Source of the DNA: a virus
Taxonomy: Duplodnaviria; Heunggongvirae; Uroviricota; Caudoviricetes
Direction: 5' to 3' (one strand)
Length of the DNA stretch: 64,000 bases
IMG/VR virus record: IMGVR_UViG_3300031354_000001
Coordinates: 11,120-75,119 of that record
A program made the translations under genes and the position numbers. Of the stretch, positions 29,701 through 40,500 are shown one piece after another (the first letter of the stretch is position 1; each line of letters opens with the position of its first letter). The notes beneath the pieces were generated by a model. The model had not been told where the DNA came from and did not search any database. It saw nothing but the letters and a program-made list of their open reading frames with translations.

Positions 29701-30750
29701 AATACCAGCCCGAGTCAATGTAGCCATTGACGCGAATACTTCATCAAGTTCTACACCTAGTTGTGCTGATAAAACAAGAACTCTACCAAATGTATCAGCA
29801 AATTCTTGACCGCGTATACGTCCTAATTCAATTGTCTTGAATAATTTACCAGCGACTTGATCTGCCTGAGATGAAGATAATTGATATGAGTTTAAAACTG
29901 ATGATAGTAAATTAACAGATGATCCTAGATCAGTAACAGCGGCAATACTAAAATCACTTGCAGTGCCAAGAAATTTAAATGCATCAGCTGTATCGACAAC
30001 TTGGTTTGATAATGTTTGATAAATACCTTCAGTTACTGCTGGAAGCGGTTGTCCAGTTATGGCTGCAAACTCTTCCGTACGTTTAGCTAAGTCTTCAAAG
30101 TTTTTGTAAGATTTACCACTAATTGTTTGAATTTCTGCTAAGCTTATTTCATAAGAACGTGCAGCTTTTGCTCCTTCAACAAATGCACTTGTTACTTTTG
30201 AAATTGCTTGGTGAATCAACTGAATCGTAAAAATTCGGATAACACTTTTCCAACTAAGGATCATGTCACCAGAAGATTTCTTTACGGCTCCAGCAGTCTT
30301 TTCAGCTTCAGCACGTATTTTAGCATAATGATTTGTAGGTACACGAGAGAATGTTTTACCATAAGATAAAACTGATTGCTTAACAACATCATTATATTTT
30401 TTAGTATTATTTATAGTTTCATTTTGAGCAGTAGAAATACTTTTATAATAATTAGATGGCAAACGTGAGGAAGTCTTACCATAAGTGTCTTTTGTTCTTT
30501 TTACAATTCCATCGCGTTCTTTTTCAGCATCAGAAGACTTCTTCACTGATTGAGCTAATCGTTCATTGGCTCTTGCAGCAGAATTTAATGACGCTTCAAT
30601 ACCTTTTGATGAATCATTAAAAGATTTTGTTGAAGAAGCAGCTTTAGATATAGCATTGCTATAGCCATTTAAAGCCTTAGTTAAAGCCTTAATTGTGCTT
30701 ATTGCATTTCCTGCTTCAAAACCTAATACAGTTTTCAGTTCATCAGCCAT
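26761..30750 (-). CDS. tail tape measure protein
   Basis: 1329 aa, long coiled-coil / Ala-Lys-Glu-rich low-complexity stretches, located between tail-chaperone-position genes and distal tail genes. Confidence 0.75.
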   Translation of the reverse strand: MADELKTVLGFEAGNAISTIKALTKALNGYSNAISKAASSTKSFNDSSKGIEASLNSAARANERLAQSVKKSSDAEKERDGIVKRTKDTYGKTSSRLPSNYYKSISTAQNETINNTKKYNDVVKQSVLSYGKTFSRVPTNHYAKIRAEAEKTAGAVKKSSGDMILSWKSVIRIFTIQLIHQAISKVTSAFVEGAKAARSYEISLAEIQTISGKSYKNFEDLAKRTEEFAAITGQPLPAVTEGIYQTLSNQVVDTADAFKFLGTASDFSIAAVTDLGSSVNLLSSVLNSYQLSSSQADQVAGKLFKTIELGRIRGQEFADTFGRVLVLSAQLGVELDEVFASMATLTRAGIQYNEAYTLLTNVQLKLIKPTKELKEVFADLGIASAEAGIQAYGLQGLLQKIEQAAGGTASELGEVFGRVRAIRGALGLGKTVAEQYADSLERIKKAGASDLAQAKGIVFNTNAKQVALELNKLDIAMTKFGRNTNNALLDVFNSFGGATGAIKAFTISLSLAGAAWLIVRKYADGSLAAMTKGFKNALSSGETFKASIKSLAKSPFAWAAAIGAASVLIQGYFNKNAKAAREYRDELEKTLEVSRKLGLIKYEAQLEEQRKGNNKLLSTLQKFLINRQRLFGQSDKDIQQIEQILYSSLEDQASGHLSAISGLFGSFDKFANNAVNKLKEINDEAKNISGSISDFNFERQLKSVDKYHEVYQRIARAEALRSAAVRAANKGEKKLANTLQQRAEAQSKAALAAADQTKNASLIRKAEDDVETTLKNQYNLQEEAKKQIIEQSATIKKIAPDLKTIESRVKYLIDRFKDLKKKLATTFDPLKREKILKNLAGVSKDLEKEFGKVKVYAQLANATELKSEFQAATQGFFDPLTGQVKTFEQATKDSFKNIADALKDLQTQSKSDLQAIINALVGAASNKEQQKRLYELNKLQKTGNTATSEQVKNQKEIDDAIKLSVADIKHFKSELDDINKVPTFSRSRIDDYKKRLETTKLLKKAVTDAALEAQKLALSGKSLSPEYADAVEKLAKIREALVYAEEKTPTKFLGIGPSLKDASDQLKTLIDRLSEIPEKQKAIVEGQDNANLFKAASDKLLLNQSTIENYKPADTGLESKTNGQTDAIKQKSKEAGDALGKNISDGAKLGAIAIQQASQTEVISIDFTKQKAIDTGYSLNYNISQGATQAANNVEQASQSMINSLKRVEEQIARVNQAFSGNNSETATAYRGGLLYRNNGGFTPRGSDTIPAMLSPGEFVVNAASSRKFFSQLVAINNNKQPVYRASGGPVTNVGDVNISVNGASAPKETARAVAAELTRELRRNTSRI

Positions 30751-31226
30751 TAGATGGTTATCCGTTTAGATTCAATTTTAGGTATTATTAGTTTTACGTT
30801 ATTCATTCGTTTTAAAGCAGCATCTTTACCAGCGATCAACGAATGCCATGGGGCTGATTTACTTACGCCAACATTTTTAAATTCTTGAATATTGTAATGT
30901 TCTACATTTGTTGTTATAGTGATTTTAAAATCTTTTAAATTATAGTTTGGTTTTGCTGAACCCAATGCTTTACCATAATCTATTCTACTTTTTACTCCAC
31001 CAATAGATGATATAATTAATGTCTCATTAATAAGTTCAGCTAATTCTAATAGTGAACCTTGAGACATTCCAGACCAAACTGGAACACGGCCTGTTACAGC
31101 TTCGATCCAATCACTAGCTACCGCATGAAGTTCACGTTTTAAATGTGCTTTAAGTTCTTCTTCATATTTATCAATATTTATTGTAGCAGTTGTAAAAAAT
31201 CCTGTAAATTTCATTCGTCGTACCAC
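30750..31226 (-). CDS. putative tail assembly chaperone-position protein
   Basis: 158 aa directly upstream of the tape measure gene, with an overlapping start. Confidence 0.3.
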   Translation of the reverse strand: MVRRMKFTGFFTTATINIDKYEEELKAHLKRELHAVASDWIEAVTGRVPVWSGMSQGSLLELAELINETLIISSIGGVKSRIDYGKALGSAKPNYNLKDFKITITTNVEHYNIQEFKNVGVSKSAPWHSLIAGKDAALKRMNNVKLIIPKIESKRITI

Positions 31227-31462
31227 TCTTGAGGCGGAGGATTCTTTTCAGCTAATTCTAATAACTCGTCTAAATCTGGTGTTATTTGATTTATTCTATG
31301 TTGTGCCATTAACTCTTCAAAATATACACTAATAGTATATCTTTTAGTTCTTCTGGCTTCCCACCAAAAGTAATACATAAGATTAAAATCAAATATATAC
31401 CATGGCCACAAATATTGTTTTAATAGTATTAAAATAACAACAGTAATTGGAATAAAAATCAT
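31211..31462 (-). CDS. small membrane-anchored protein
   Basis: 83 aa with N-terminal hydrophobic segment. Confidence 0.3.
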   Translation of the reverse strand: MIFIPITVVILILLKQYLWPWYIFDFNLMYYFWWEARRTKRYTISVYFEELMAQHRINQITPDLDELLELAEKNPPPQEWYDE

Positions 31463-31469
31463 TTTGAAA

Positions 31470-31542
31470 CTCCGCAGTTAGGACTCGAACCTAAAACCGG
31501 ATGATTAACAGTCATCTGCTCTACCAATTGAGCTACTGCGAA
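31470..31542 (-). tRNA. tRNA-Asn (anticodon GTT)
   Basis: Hand-folded: acceptor TTCGCAG/CTGCGGA (one G-U pair), D-arm GCTC-AATTGGTA-GAGC, anticodon arm GATGA-CTGTTAA-TCATC (GUU), T-arm TTAGG-TTCGAGT-CCTAA. Confidence 0.8.
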
Positions 31543-31648
31543 GAGAACATGGCTTCAATGTTCTTCACTTCTTCCATTTCACGGACTTGATTATATCCAA
31601 TCAAGTCCGCTTGCTTATCAATATCTAAGGAATCAAATTCCCAGGGTT

Positions 31649-32185
31649 TTATTCCGAAACGCTCGCAGGCTCTCCAGATGGCGTACTTTTCTGTTCGCCA
31701 TTTAGGGAGAGTAATGCGTCTCTCCGTGCCTGCTCGCCGCGTAAAAAACGATCACGAGCCGCCTCCACTTTAGCTTCATTTAGACCTTGTGCCGATAGAG
31801 CACCATTAATAATTCTATTAATTTCGAGGTCACTGAAGCCAGAATCAGACAACTCTTTTCTAAAGAATGTCCAAGTCTGATGGTCACTTGGATCGACCAA
31901 TTCCCATTCTAACTCTGGTGTAGCTCTTAATGATGTTATAATAAGCCAAGCAGTTTTCTTTTCAGAATATCGCTCAATTGCCTTATTATAGCCTTTGTCA
32001 TTAAGATCAGGAATATCTACACCATCGATCTTCCTCATTTTTGGCTGAGGTATTGGACACATTTTATCAAATGGGGTATGGTCCAATACCGCCTCTGCAA
32101 CTAATATAATATCATCTCCATTACCCCGAGGTATAGGAATAATTTCTTTATTCGGTTCTGAAATATGTCTTCCTTTGATTTTCAT
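31649..32185 (-). CDS. hypothetical protein
   Basis: 178-aa ORF between the tRNA and the tail tube candidate. Confidence 0.4.
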   Translation of the reverse strand: MKIKGRHISEPNKEIIPIPRGNGDDIILVAEAVLDHTPFDKMCPIPQPKMRKIDGVDIPDLNDKGYNKAIERYSEKKTAWLIITSLRATPELEWELVDPSDHQTWTFFRKELSDSGFSDLEINRIINGALSAQGLNEAKVEAARDRFLRGEQARRDALLSLNGEQKSTPSGEPASVSE

Positions 32186-32197
32186 AATATTATTCTC

Positions 32198-33277
32198 TTA
32201 TACTCCACGTTCGTATGTTGGTGAGGTAGTATTGCACTTACCAGAACAAGATACCTGTGAATCACGTAGATTATGGTTTAAGCTCTCATAGCGGAAATGA
32301 GGGAGTGTAATTTTTTCAGTATTATTACCACCACAATTTGGATCATACCAAATTACTAGATCGACACAATCCTGGGGATTACATCCATCAGTATCAGTTG
32401 TCTCCCAATCTGATGCCTCACCAGTATGGGTTAATACCTCTTCAACAGTCGGTACACCGCTACCAGTTACAGCCGATAGAAATTCCCACATGAATTCAAA
32501 AGAGACTTCCATTGGCTCTTCATCAGAATCACGAACGCCATCAAGAACACCCCGGTTCTTAATATATTCGCGGTTCTTAATCATATTATAAGTTACGTTA
32601 CCTTCACCAATTCTAATTTCTAAGCGTCGGCCAAGGAATGTGACAGCACCACCAGCGGCAACTTCTTCAGCGAGACCTGCCGATAGTACCATACTTGTTG
32701 TCGTTCCATCAACAACACCTGGTGTAGTAAGAACCATCTCTTCACCAGCCGATGTCCCTGTTAATAGGGAACCGTCGAATGTGAATGTAGTATCACTAAT
32801 TACTGTCGCTGCTAAATCATCCTGGAAAGTTATTTTAATATCGTAACCAGCACCACCAGCTTCGACAAGTACATCGCCATTACCAATGCCATCAAGTGCT
32901 TCAAGTTCAGTTGTAATAAGAGCATTCGTTGCATCATAGGCAATAGCATTAGTTGTCTGAGTACCATAAGTTAGTGCAAATGTGCCGCCAGAAGCACTAT
33001 CAAGGTCAATCTGGAAAACAGCATTTGTGCCGCCAGTTGTTGTTACGCTTGATACAACGTACTCTGTTGAAGTAGAATCGTTGGCAAATTGTACAACACA
33101 ACCAACAGGAACACTTTCATCGCAATCAGTCAGTGCAATTGTGGTTTCATCTGCTGGTTCAGTATCCGTATTAGTAACACCTGTTACTCTAAAACCGTCG
33201 TAGATATAAAAATCAGCTAGTTTTAGGTCAATAGGCGCAAAGCAAATTGTTTGGGCTTCAGCCTGTATTAGTTTCAT
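32198..33277 (-). CDS. putative major tail (tube) protein
   Basis: 359 aa, Thr/Gly/Val-rich beta composition, positioned between head-tail joining genes and the tape measure region. Confidence 0.4.
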   Translation of the reverse strand: MKLIQAEAQTICFAPIDLKLADFYIYDGFRVTGVTNTDTEPADETTIALTDCDESVPVGCVVQFANDSTSTEYVVSSVTTTGGTNAVFQIDLDSASGGTFALTYGTQTTNAIAYDATNALITTELEALDGIGNGDVLVEAGGAGYDIKITFQDDLAATVISDTTFTFDGSLLTGTSAGEEMVLTTPGVVDGTTTSMVLSAGLAEEVAAGGAVTFLGRRLEIRIGEGNVTYNMIKNREYIKNRGVLDGVRDSDEEPMEVSFEFMWEFLSAVTGSGVPTVEEVLTHTGEASDWETTDTDGCNPQDCVDLVIWYDPNCGGNNTEKITLPHFRYESLNHNLRDSQVSCSGKCNTTSPTYERGV

Positions 33278-33334
33278 GTAATTTACTCCTAGGAATGTTT
33301 ATTTTGTAAGCCTTTGTTTTCGGCACAAAGTAGC

Positions 33335-33787
33335 CTAGTTTGGTAAGTAAATTTCATAGACAGCTTCAACTGAGCCGCTATTTATTTTTACTTTGTCGTC
33401 CATATCTCCAAAATTATTTACCGTGATGCCAGAATCTAACGGTAGCATTCGACCTAAATAATTATCATAACTATCATATACACATATTTCAGAAAATGCA
33501 TCTAGAATTATTCCAGTAATATCTAATGGGCGATATTTATTAGAACTATAATCTACTGAGTAGATTACATTTATTCCTACAACAATTCTAAAAACATTAT
33601 TGCTTATTTGTTGAATATGTGGTTCATCCATGTAGAATTCAATATATTCATCATGGATTGATGTATCTCTTGTTGTACCTCGAAGATGGAATGGTATAGA
33701 ATTAGTATTAGCTACTAGCTTAAAATGCTTAGCAGCTGAAATAAAAATTCTCTTAACCCATTCAGGATTTGGTGTATTCATCTTCAA
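33335..33787 (-). CDS. head-tail joining / tail completion-position protein
   Basis: 150 aa; gene order only. Confidence 0.3.
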   Translation of the reverse strand: MKMNTPNPEWVKRIFISAAKHFKLVANTNSIPFHLRGTTRDTSIHDEYIEFYMDEPHIQQISNNVFRIVVGINVIYSVDYSSNKYRPLDITGIILDAFSEICVYDSYDNYLGRMLPLDSGITVNNFGDMDDKVKINSGSVEAVYEIYLPN

Positions 33788-34178
33788 GGTCCAAGTCAGA
33801 ACTGAAAGAACTAGAGACAGGACTGCCTTTAGATTCTGATACTTTTAATATTGTTGATTCTTGATAGTATTCTGTTATATTATTAACAGAATATTCTTTG
33901 CTATTAAAAATAATTTTATCATCAATAGCGACAGTATCAAAGTCTTTATTATCTAAAAGTATAAATCTATCATCAAAATTGTACACTGCTTTGCTAGGAA
34001 GAATAGCACGTACAATTGTATTTGGTAGAAGAACGGCTTTTTTAATATACTTTTGATTGACTGTAAGCCGTTCTTGTCCAGTGTCTATATTAAAATCTTT
34101 AGAGATAATATGAATTAGAATCAATGAGAATCCATATTCTCTCTTTAATTGGTAAATAGTATCATCAATAAAACTCAT
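33762..34178 (-). CDS. head-tail connector-position protein
   Basis: 138 aa; gene order only. Confidence 0.3.
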   Translation of the reverse strand: MSFIDDTIYQLKREYGFSLILIHIISKDFNIDTGQERLTVNQKYIKKAVLLPNTIVRAILPSKAVYNFDDRFILLDNKDFDTVAIDDKIIFNSKEYSVNNITEYYQESTILKVSESKGSPVSSSFSSDLDLEDEYTKS

Positions 34179-34423
34179 GTAAGTGCTTTCACAATTAGGG
34201 CACCAAGTATTGTACCAGCTGTACCGACAATTGTTGTACCAAGGATTATATTAAATCTACGTTGAAGAATATGAAGTTGTTCAACGCGATCTAATCTCAT
34301 TATTAATCCAGGTTTATTTTGATCTCTAGGATCACCAATAACAGCTTCATAAATAACATCTAACTTCTTATTTATTTCTTGTACAACAGCTTCTAATTCA
34401 TTTTTGTCCATTATGTCCTCCAT
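34175..34423 (-). CDS. small protein with C-terminal TM segment
   Basis: 82 aa ending TIVGTAGTILGALIVKALT. Confidence 0.3.
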   Translation of the reverse strand: MEDIMDKNELEAVVQEINKKLDVIYEAVIGDPRDQNKPGLIMRLDRVEQLHILQRRFNIILGTTIVGTAGTILGALIVKALT

Positions 34424-34466
34424 AATTCTGGGGCTAGCCTATGCTAGCCCCAGACTATCATTGATC

Positions 34467-35963
34467 TTAGCCGATCATTACGGCTCCTTGATCTTCATCG
34501 AGGACTTTAACACCACAGAGTAGGTCACAAGTAACAAGATGTCCTTGACCAACACCCTGATAAGTAATGGTAATACGCATTGATAAGCCTTCATAGCTTG
34601 CAATGCCAGCAAGAGCACCAGTACCAGCCTTCGGTAAAGCTAGTGGTCGGTTAACAAGTGTTAGTGCATTGCGAGTGAATGCGAAGTTATATTCGCCACC
34701 AGGTCCGAGGCCGACAGTATAATCATTGGCAATTGCAGCCTCAAGTGGACGATCAAGTGTGATAGCATAACCTGCTCCACCGGTCTCTACCTTGATAATA
34801 CAGTATTCTGCATCAAGAAGTGTAGCACCATTATTAAAGGAGCAAAGCTGACCAACTTGAGGTACACCAGTACCATCAACCCAAATTTCCTTATCATAGT
34901 CCTTTGGATAAGCAGCAGGGCCACCAGCGGCAGCGTGCTCAGTTAGAGCAACATCGGCCATTGGAACAAGATATACGTCATTATTGGCACTTGGCATTGC
35001 CACTCTAATAGGACGATCAAATGTTACAACATCACCACTAATATCAGTGATGCGATGAGGCATCTTGTCAAATAGTGTCGCAGTTGTACCATCAACGAAG
35101 TAGATATACTGTCCAGCAACATAACCGGCACCAGCAGCACCATCACTAGTAAAAGTGAGATCACCAACAGCAAGTGCAGTGGCATCATCGGCATCAACGA
35201 CACCAGTATCGGTAACACTTGACATGTTCTGGCAAGCATAGGTATCAAAACCAAGCTTACGGCCTAGTGCAGCCTCTTCGAGAGCCGTTCCACCATCACC
35301 GACCTTTTCGGCTGAAATGAATAGCTCAAGAGCAAGTGCTTCAGTCTCAGTGTCATTGGTAAGAATCATTCGCCGTCCAGCCATTGGACAGTTATTCTTA
35401 TTCATAACATTACGTGCTTTGAGCATTAGGCTCTTGGCATTATGGGCGTCACCAGCGGTGCTATTGATTTCACCAAGATCACCAACAGTATTATCAAGAT
35501 ATTGATATACCTGACCAAGAAGAATCTTATCAATGTGTTCAGCAAGCGAAGCTGCTGCTGGAGCAAGATACTCTTCCTGAAGATTTACCATTGATCGTGA
35601 CTCTTCACCATCACGAATCATGAATGAAGTATGTACATGCTGATTGAGTACAACAGGCACCTTAGTTGCAGTCGCTGCCTGAATGGTAACATCATCATTA
35701 GTGCCTTTACGCTTGGCTGAGAACTTGCCAGGCTTACGGGTATTAACGGTGTCACCGAAGTCAGCGATTTCGTTATTAAAATCAGTATGAACAAGACGAC
35801 CAGCTACCATATTCTCATAAAGAAGGAAGAGGGTCTCTGATGCCCATAGCTCGGGATTCCAAGCTCGTTCGTCAGTATCAAAATCGTTATCAAAGCAAAT
35901 TAGTGAGTAGTAGTTTTGGTTTTCCACAGGGAAATCTCCTAAGTTTTTGTAAATTAAGGACAT
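34467..35963 (-). CDS. putative major capsid protein
   Basis: 498 aa immediately downstream of the scaffold-like gene; shares the N-terminal NYYSLICF motif with it; gene order terminase-portal-...-scaffold-capsid. Confidence 0.5.
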   Translation of the reverse strand: MSLIYKNLGDFPVENQNYYSLICFDNDFDTDERAWNPELWASETLFLLYENMVAGRLVHTDFNNEIADFGDTVNTRKPGKFSAKRKGTNDDVTIQAATATKVPVVLNQHVHTSFMIRDGEESRSMVNLQEEYLAPAAASLAEHIDKILLGQVYQYLDNTVGDLGEINSTAGDAHNAKSLMLKARNVMNKNNCPMAGRRMILTNDTETEALALELFISAEKVGDGGTALEEAALGRKLGFDTYACQNMSSVTDTGVVDADDATALAVGDLTFTSDGAAGAGYVAGQYIYFVDGTTATLFDKMPHRITDISGDVVTFDRPIRVAMPSANNDVYLVPMADVALTEHAAAGGPAAYPKDYDKEIWVDGTGVPQVGQLCSFNNGATLLDAEYCIIKVETGGAGYAITLDRPLEAAIANDYTVGLGPGGEYNFAFTRNALTLVNRPLALPKAGTGALAGIASYEGLSMRITITYQGVGQGHLVTCDLLCGVKVLDEDQGAVMIG

Positions 35964-36763
35964 TAACCCCGACCTTCCATTGCCGCTGCGTAAGCTGCCG
36001 GGTCTTCTTTACGCAACTTGTATCGTTCAGCTTCAGTCATTTTAGTGAGATCATGCTTGCCCTTTCGATTTGGACCAGCATTTCCAGCACCAAGACCGCC
36101 ACTCTTAACGCCCTCAAATAGATTTCCATGTAGCTGAGGTAGCTCTTTCATCCGTTTAACTGCATCTTTAACTGATAAATCTAATTTAATGGCCTTTCCA
36201 TTTTTATCCTCGTCATCAAAATCGACTCTGGCTTCGAATGAATCAGTAGGCTTGCCATCCTCATCAAGTTTTTGTGTAAGTTTTACCTTATCACGTAATT
36301 CATTGTAAATTTGTGTCGGTCGAATTGCACCATGCTCATTAGCAGCAGCGAGAATCTCATTTGTAATCACTGTTTCAGTGTATCGTGTCTTCCAAAGATC
36401 AGCAGATCGCTTGGTTTCTTCGAGTTCTTCTTGATGCTTCTTCTGAAGTTTTGCTTCCTTCTGTCGTGCTATCTCTTCAGCGGACATCGTTTTCCGCTGT
36501 AGTTCTTCTATTTTAAGCTCAAGTTCTTCACGTTCAGCGGAACCAGCTTGAGCAGCATTTCTTGCTTCTTCAAGTTGGGTTTGAAGTTCTTTATAAGCTT
36601 CTTGAGTCTTTCGTTTTTCTTTTGCTTGAATCCTATTTAAATCGGCCTGAGTAAATTTCTTCTCAGACTCTTGATTTCCTTCAGTATTTTCTTCTTTTTC
36701 TTCAACAATCTCTTCTTCATCACCTTCAAAACAAATTAGTGAATAATAATTGAAATTTTCCAT
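35963..36763 (-). CDS. putative scaffolding protein
   Basis: 266 aa, strongly Glu/Lys/Ala-rich coiled-coil (EELELKIEELQRK ...), directly upstream of the capsid candidate. Confidence 0.5.
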   Translation of the reverse strand: MENFNYYSLICFEGDEEEIVEEKEENTEGNQESEKKFTQADLNRIQAKEKRKTQEAYKELQTQLEEARNAAQAGSAEREELELKIEELQRKTMSAEEIARQKEAKLQKKHQEELEETKRSADLWKTRYTETVITNEILAAANEHGAIRPTQIYNELRDKVKLTQKLDEDGKPTDSFEARVDFDDEDKNGKAIKLDLSVKDAVKRMKELPQLHGNLFEGVKSGGLGAGNAGPNRKGKHDLTKMTEAERYKLRKEDPAAYAAAMEGRG

Positions 36764-36799
36764 TTTTGATACCTTTACTAGGGATCGAGGTAAAGTGCT

Positions 36800-37258
36800 C
36801 TAAGATTTTCTATAAATACGAATACTATCTGTATTAGCTAAATAAGGAAGCAAATATCTCCAAGCAATTATACTTGGAACTCCACAAGCTAAATAATCTA
36901 ATGGTGCATTTGTATCATAAGTTGTTGATACACTGCTAAATGTTCTTGCTTTTACTGCTAGATTAGCATATTCTTTATCTGGATCGACGCCATCTAATAG
37001 AGAGTATGCAATTTCATAACACGCGATATTAATATCATCGGGAATTGTTTCTGTTCCATCAGGTTCGTCACCATAATATCGTGGAAATTCAAGGACTTGA
37101 GTGTCTTCGACTTTCCAACCACTAAACTGTAATCGATCAATAATTGCTGTAGCCATATTCATGGCTTTTGTTTTATTACTATCACTAGCTTCCGTCCATG
37201 AAAGTGCGTGTAGTTTTTCAGTGAAATAAGTATCTGCATCGATAATTGTACTATACAT
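36800..37258 (-). CDS. hypothetical structural-module protein
   Basis: 152-aa ORF. Confidence 0.35.
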   Translation of the reverse strand: MYSTIIDADTYFTEKLHALSWTEASDSNKTKAMNMATAIIDRLQFSGWKVEDTQVLEFPRYYGDEPDGTETIPDDINIACYEIAYSLLDGVDPDKEYANLAVKARTFSSVSTTYDTNAPLDYLACGVPSIIAWRYLLPYLANTDSIRIYRKS

Positions 37259-37541
37259 CTTGTTCGTCCAATAATTCTACTAATAGATCGAGAATATCGT
37301 TTACTTTGGCTTCTGCCTGTTTACTAGCAATTGTTTTAGCTAAATCATCAATTAAGAGGTTTTTAGTCTTACTAGAAAATTCACCAGTATTGTAGTCATA
37401 ATATCTAAACTGCACTGATAGGCGCTGTTTATTTCCTAATGTTGTTAATTTTAATGATTCAACAAAAAGGTTATCGAACTGCTTAGACTCTACCGCTGGA
37501 ACTACTTTCGGTTCTTTTGCATTTAATGGCTTTAGTGGCAT
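37251..37541 (-). CDS. hypothetical structural-module protein
   Basis: 96-aa ORF. Confidence 0.35.
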   Translation of the reverse strand: MPLKPLNAKEPKVVPAVESKQFDNLFVESLKLTTLGNKQRLSVQFRYYDYNTGEFSSKTKNLLIDDLAKTIASKQAEAKVNDILDLLVELLDEQDV

Positions 37542-37542
37542 A

Positions 37543-40500
37543 TTATCCTTTCACTTTTACTATATCGACATGTGCTAACCAACTAATATTTTCATCGGTT
37601 GTACCTTGTACTGTTATTTTTAATGATTGATTTGAAGTATCAGCAGAAATAGCTACACTCCAACTAAAATCATTTGTAAAATCTTCAATGGTATCGCTGT
37701 TAGTTATTGTGGCATTACCAGCAGAATCTCTTGTTAAAATACCTTCCCAATGAATTCCATGGGTTGTATAGTCGCCATTCGTTTGACGACCAATTAATTT
37801 AACAGTAACAAACCACGTCTCACCTTCGGTGATTGTTAATCGCTCACTTGAACCATCAAGGAATAATTCTGTAGCTGTATCATCAGTTGTCTGGTTTCTT
37901 AAAAGAAATTTACTAAATTGTGCATCACCAGAAGCTGAAAATTTACCAGAAGCTTGTGCAACTTCACCGTAATGATCTGCAACTGCTTCTAATCCAGAAG
38001 CAGACGAATAGTCTGATGTTACAGTATTTGATTTTCCACAATTAATTGAACTGTATTGAACACCAGCAGCAATTGCAATGGTATTATCATAGCCACCTCC
38101 GATAAAGCAACGGTATCCCTGTATTACATTATTGTTGCCACCGGATATTGTATTTTCACCATTATATGTTGAAGCAGCTACAATAACATTAGTATTTCCA
38201 CCGGATATAGTATTGCCATCTCCGGTAGATGCTTGCGTTACACAACCATTTCCACCAGAAATTGTATTATAACTGCCATCATTTATTGCGTGACTATTTC
38301 CGCCAGATATTACTGAATAATCACCACCATTAGAATTATTATAGCCACTAATAATTGCACTGTATTGGGCACCAGCAGTGAGTGCTATGTCATTAGACTC
38401 TCCACCACCAATGAAACATGTTTGTCCTTGGATACTATTACTATTGCCACCAACAATAACATTTTCACCATTATATGTTGAAGCAGCAACTGTTGTATTA
38501 CTGTCTCCACCCCCAATAAAATTATGTGTACCACATCCTGTAGGAATTGTATTGGTGTCACCACCACATATTACTGAATCATTGCTGGCTACAATAGAAT
38601 TGGTATCGCCGCCACCAATAAAAGCATGTTCACTTGTTGTTATACTATTAGTATCACCACCAACAATTGTACTATCACTACAGTTTTCACCAATAATATT
38701 TTGATAGCCGCCGCCAATAAAAGTATAACTTGAGCCACTAGAATTTGACCAGCCACCTACAATTGTAGAATATAAGGCTCCAGCAGCCAATGTAATATCA
38801 TTAGTGCTTCCGCCGACAATTATGCAGTATCTTCCTTGGATAGAATGATTATATCCACCGATTATTATATTATCACCATTATTAGTTGCAGCTGCTACTA
38901 ATAATTGGCTGTTACCACCACCAATGAAATTTCTTGTACCGCACCCCGTCGGTATTTCATTATTATCACCACCAACAATTACACTGTATTGACTTCCAGT
39001 AATACTATTAGTATCACCACCACAAATTATTGAATCAGCTGCTGTATCAATGTCATTAGAATCACCACCACAGATGACACTATGGGTTGAGGCTACAATA
39101 CTATGATTATCACCACTAATTATTGCAGAATAATCACATGATGTTCCAATGCTATTACTATAGCCACCACCAATGAAACAATAATGACTTTCTAAAGTAT
39201 TATATCGTCCACCACCAATAACAGCATATACTATACCAGCAGCTAATAATATTGTGTTTTCTCCACCTCCAACTATAACGTCTGCTATACCTTGAATTTG
39301 ATTTGCACCGCCACCACCAATAAAATTATAATTTTTATTAGTAGTAGCAGTTATAATAGTATTAGAATAACCACCACAGATTGTTGAATAGTTATTTGCA
39401 GTTTCAATACTATTATTATTTCCACCACCAATTAAACAATAATCTGAGATTATTGCATTATTTCTACCACCACTAATAGAACTATAATTAGATGAAGTAA
39501 TTTCATTTAATCTACCTGATCCAATAAAACAATAACTAGATGAATCTATTACACAATAATAGCCACCAATTATTCCATCATAATTTCCAGATGTACTTAT
39601 ACCGCAATAACTTCCCCCTATTAAACCATTAGCATTTAATGGTACTCCTTCTGATCCCATTATATATAAATGAGTTCCTCCAACAATACCACAGAATCTA
39701 GCAAAATCTAGATTTGTACTATTAGATCCAACTATACCATTATAATATACCACAGTTGTTGCAGATCCAGAACTATATGAGTCAAAGCAGCCTATAATTG
39801 CCGTATATCCAGACTGAATAATATCACAATCTCGTCCACCAACTATAGCTGCATAAGAAGAACTAGAATCAATAGAATTATTGCTGCCACCAATTAATGA
39901 GGAATAATTAGCGGCAGCTACTTGAGTATCTAGGTCTCGATCTAATTGTAGATCAACAGCATAGTTTCCGCGAGCGTTGCCACCAAGACCCTGTATTGCT
40001 CCTGTTCCTGTTGGCACTAAAGTGACATTATCTGGAGCGCCATACTGCGGTGATTTTAAAATCGTACCGTCAAATGTAAGATTACTTTCCCAAATAATAT
40101 CATTAGATGACCCTTGTGTTAATAATTGATTTTCTCCACCACCAGTGAATCCTACACTACCGTCAATTAATGGGTATAGCCCAGCATGGTTACCCCAGGA
40201 ATAAGCTGTATTCCAATTAGTAATGTCTCCTGAAGATATTGAATGTGCAGCAGAAGCAACGAAAACAGGATCAGTTTCTGCTCCAGCAGGAAGCGTATTA
40301 CTCCACTCTGTTCCAGTTGCTGCTTTAACTAAGAAATAGCCTTCGGTTCCTGTTGGCGGTATTAATTCTTCCCAGGAGTATGTGCCACCAGTCCAAACTA
40401 ATGCATCACCTTCAATACCATCGCCAGGGATTGTAGCTACACTTGCCCATGTAGGTGGCAACCCGGAGCCCTGCGAGACAAGCACTTGGTTAATTAAACC

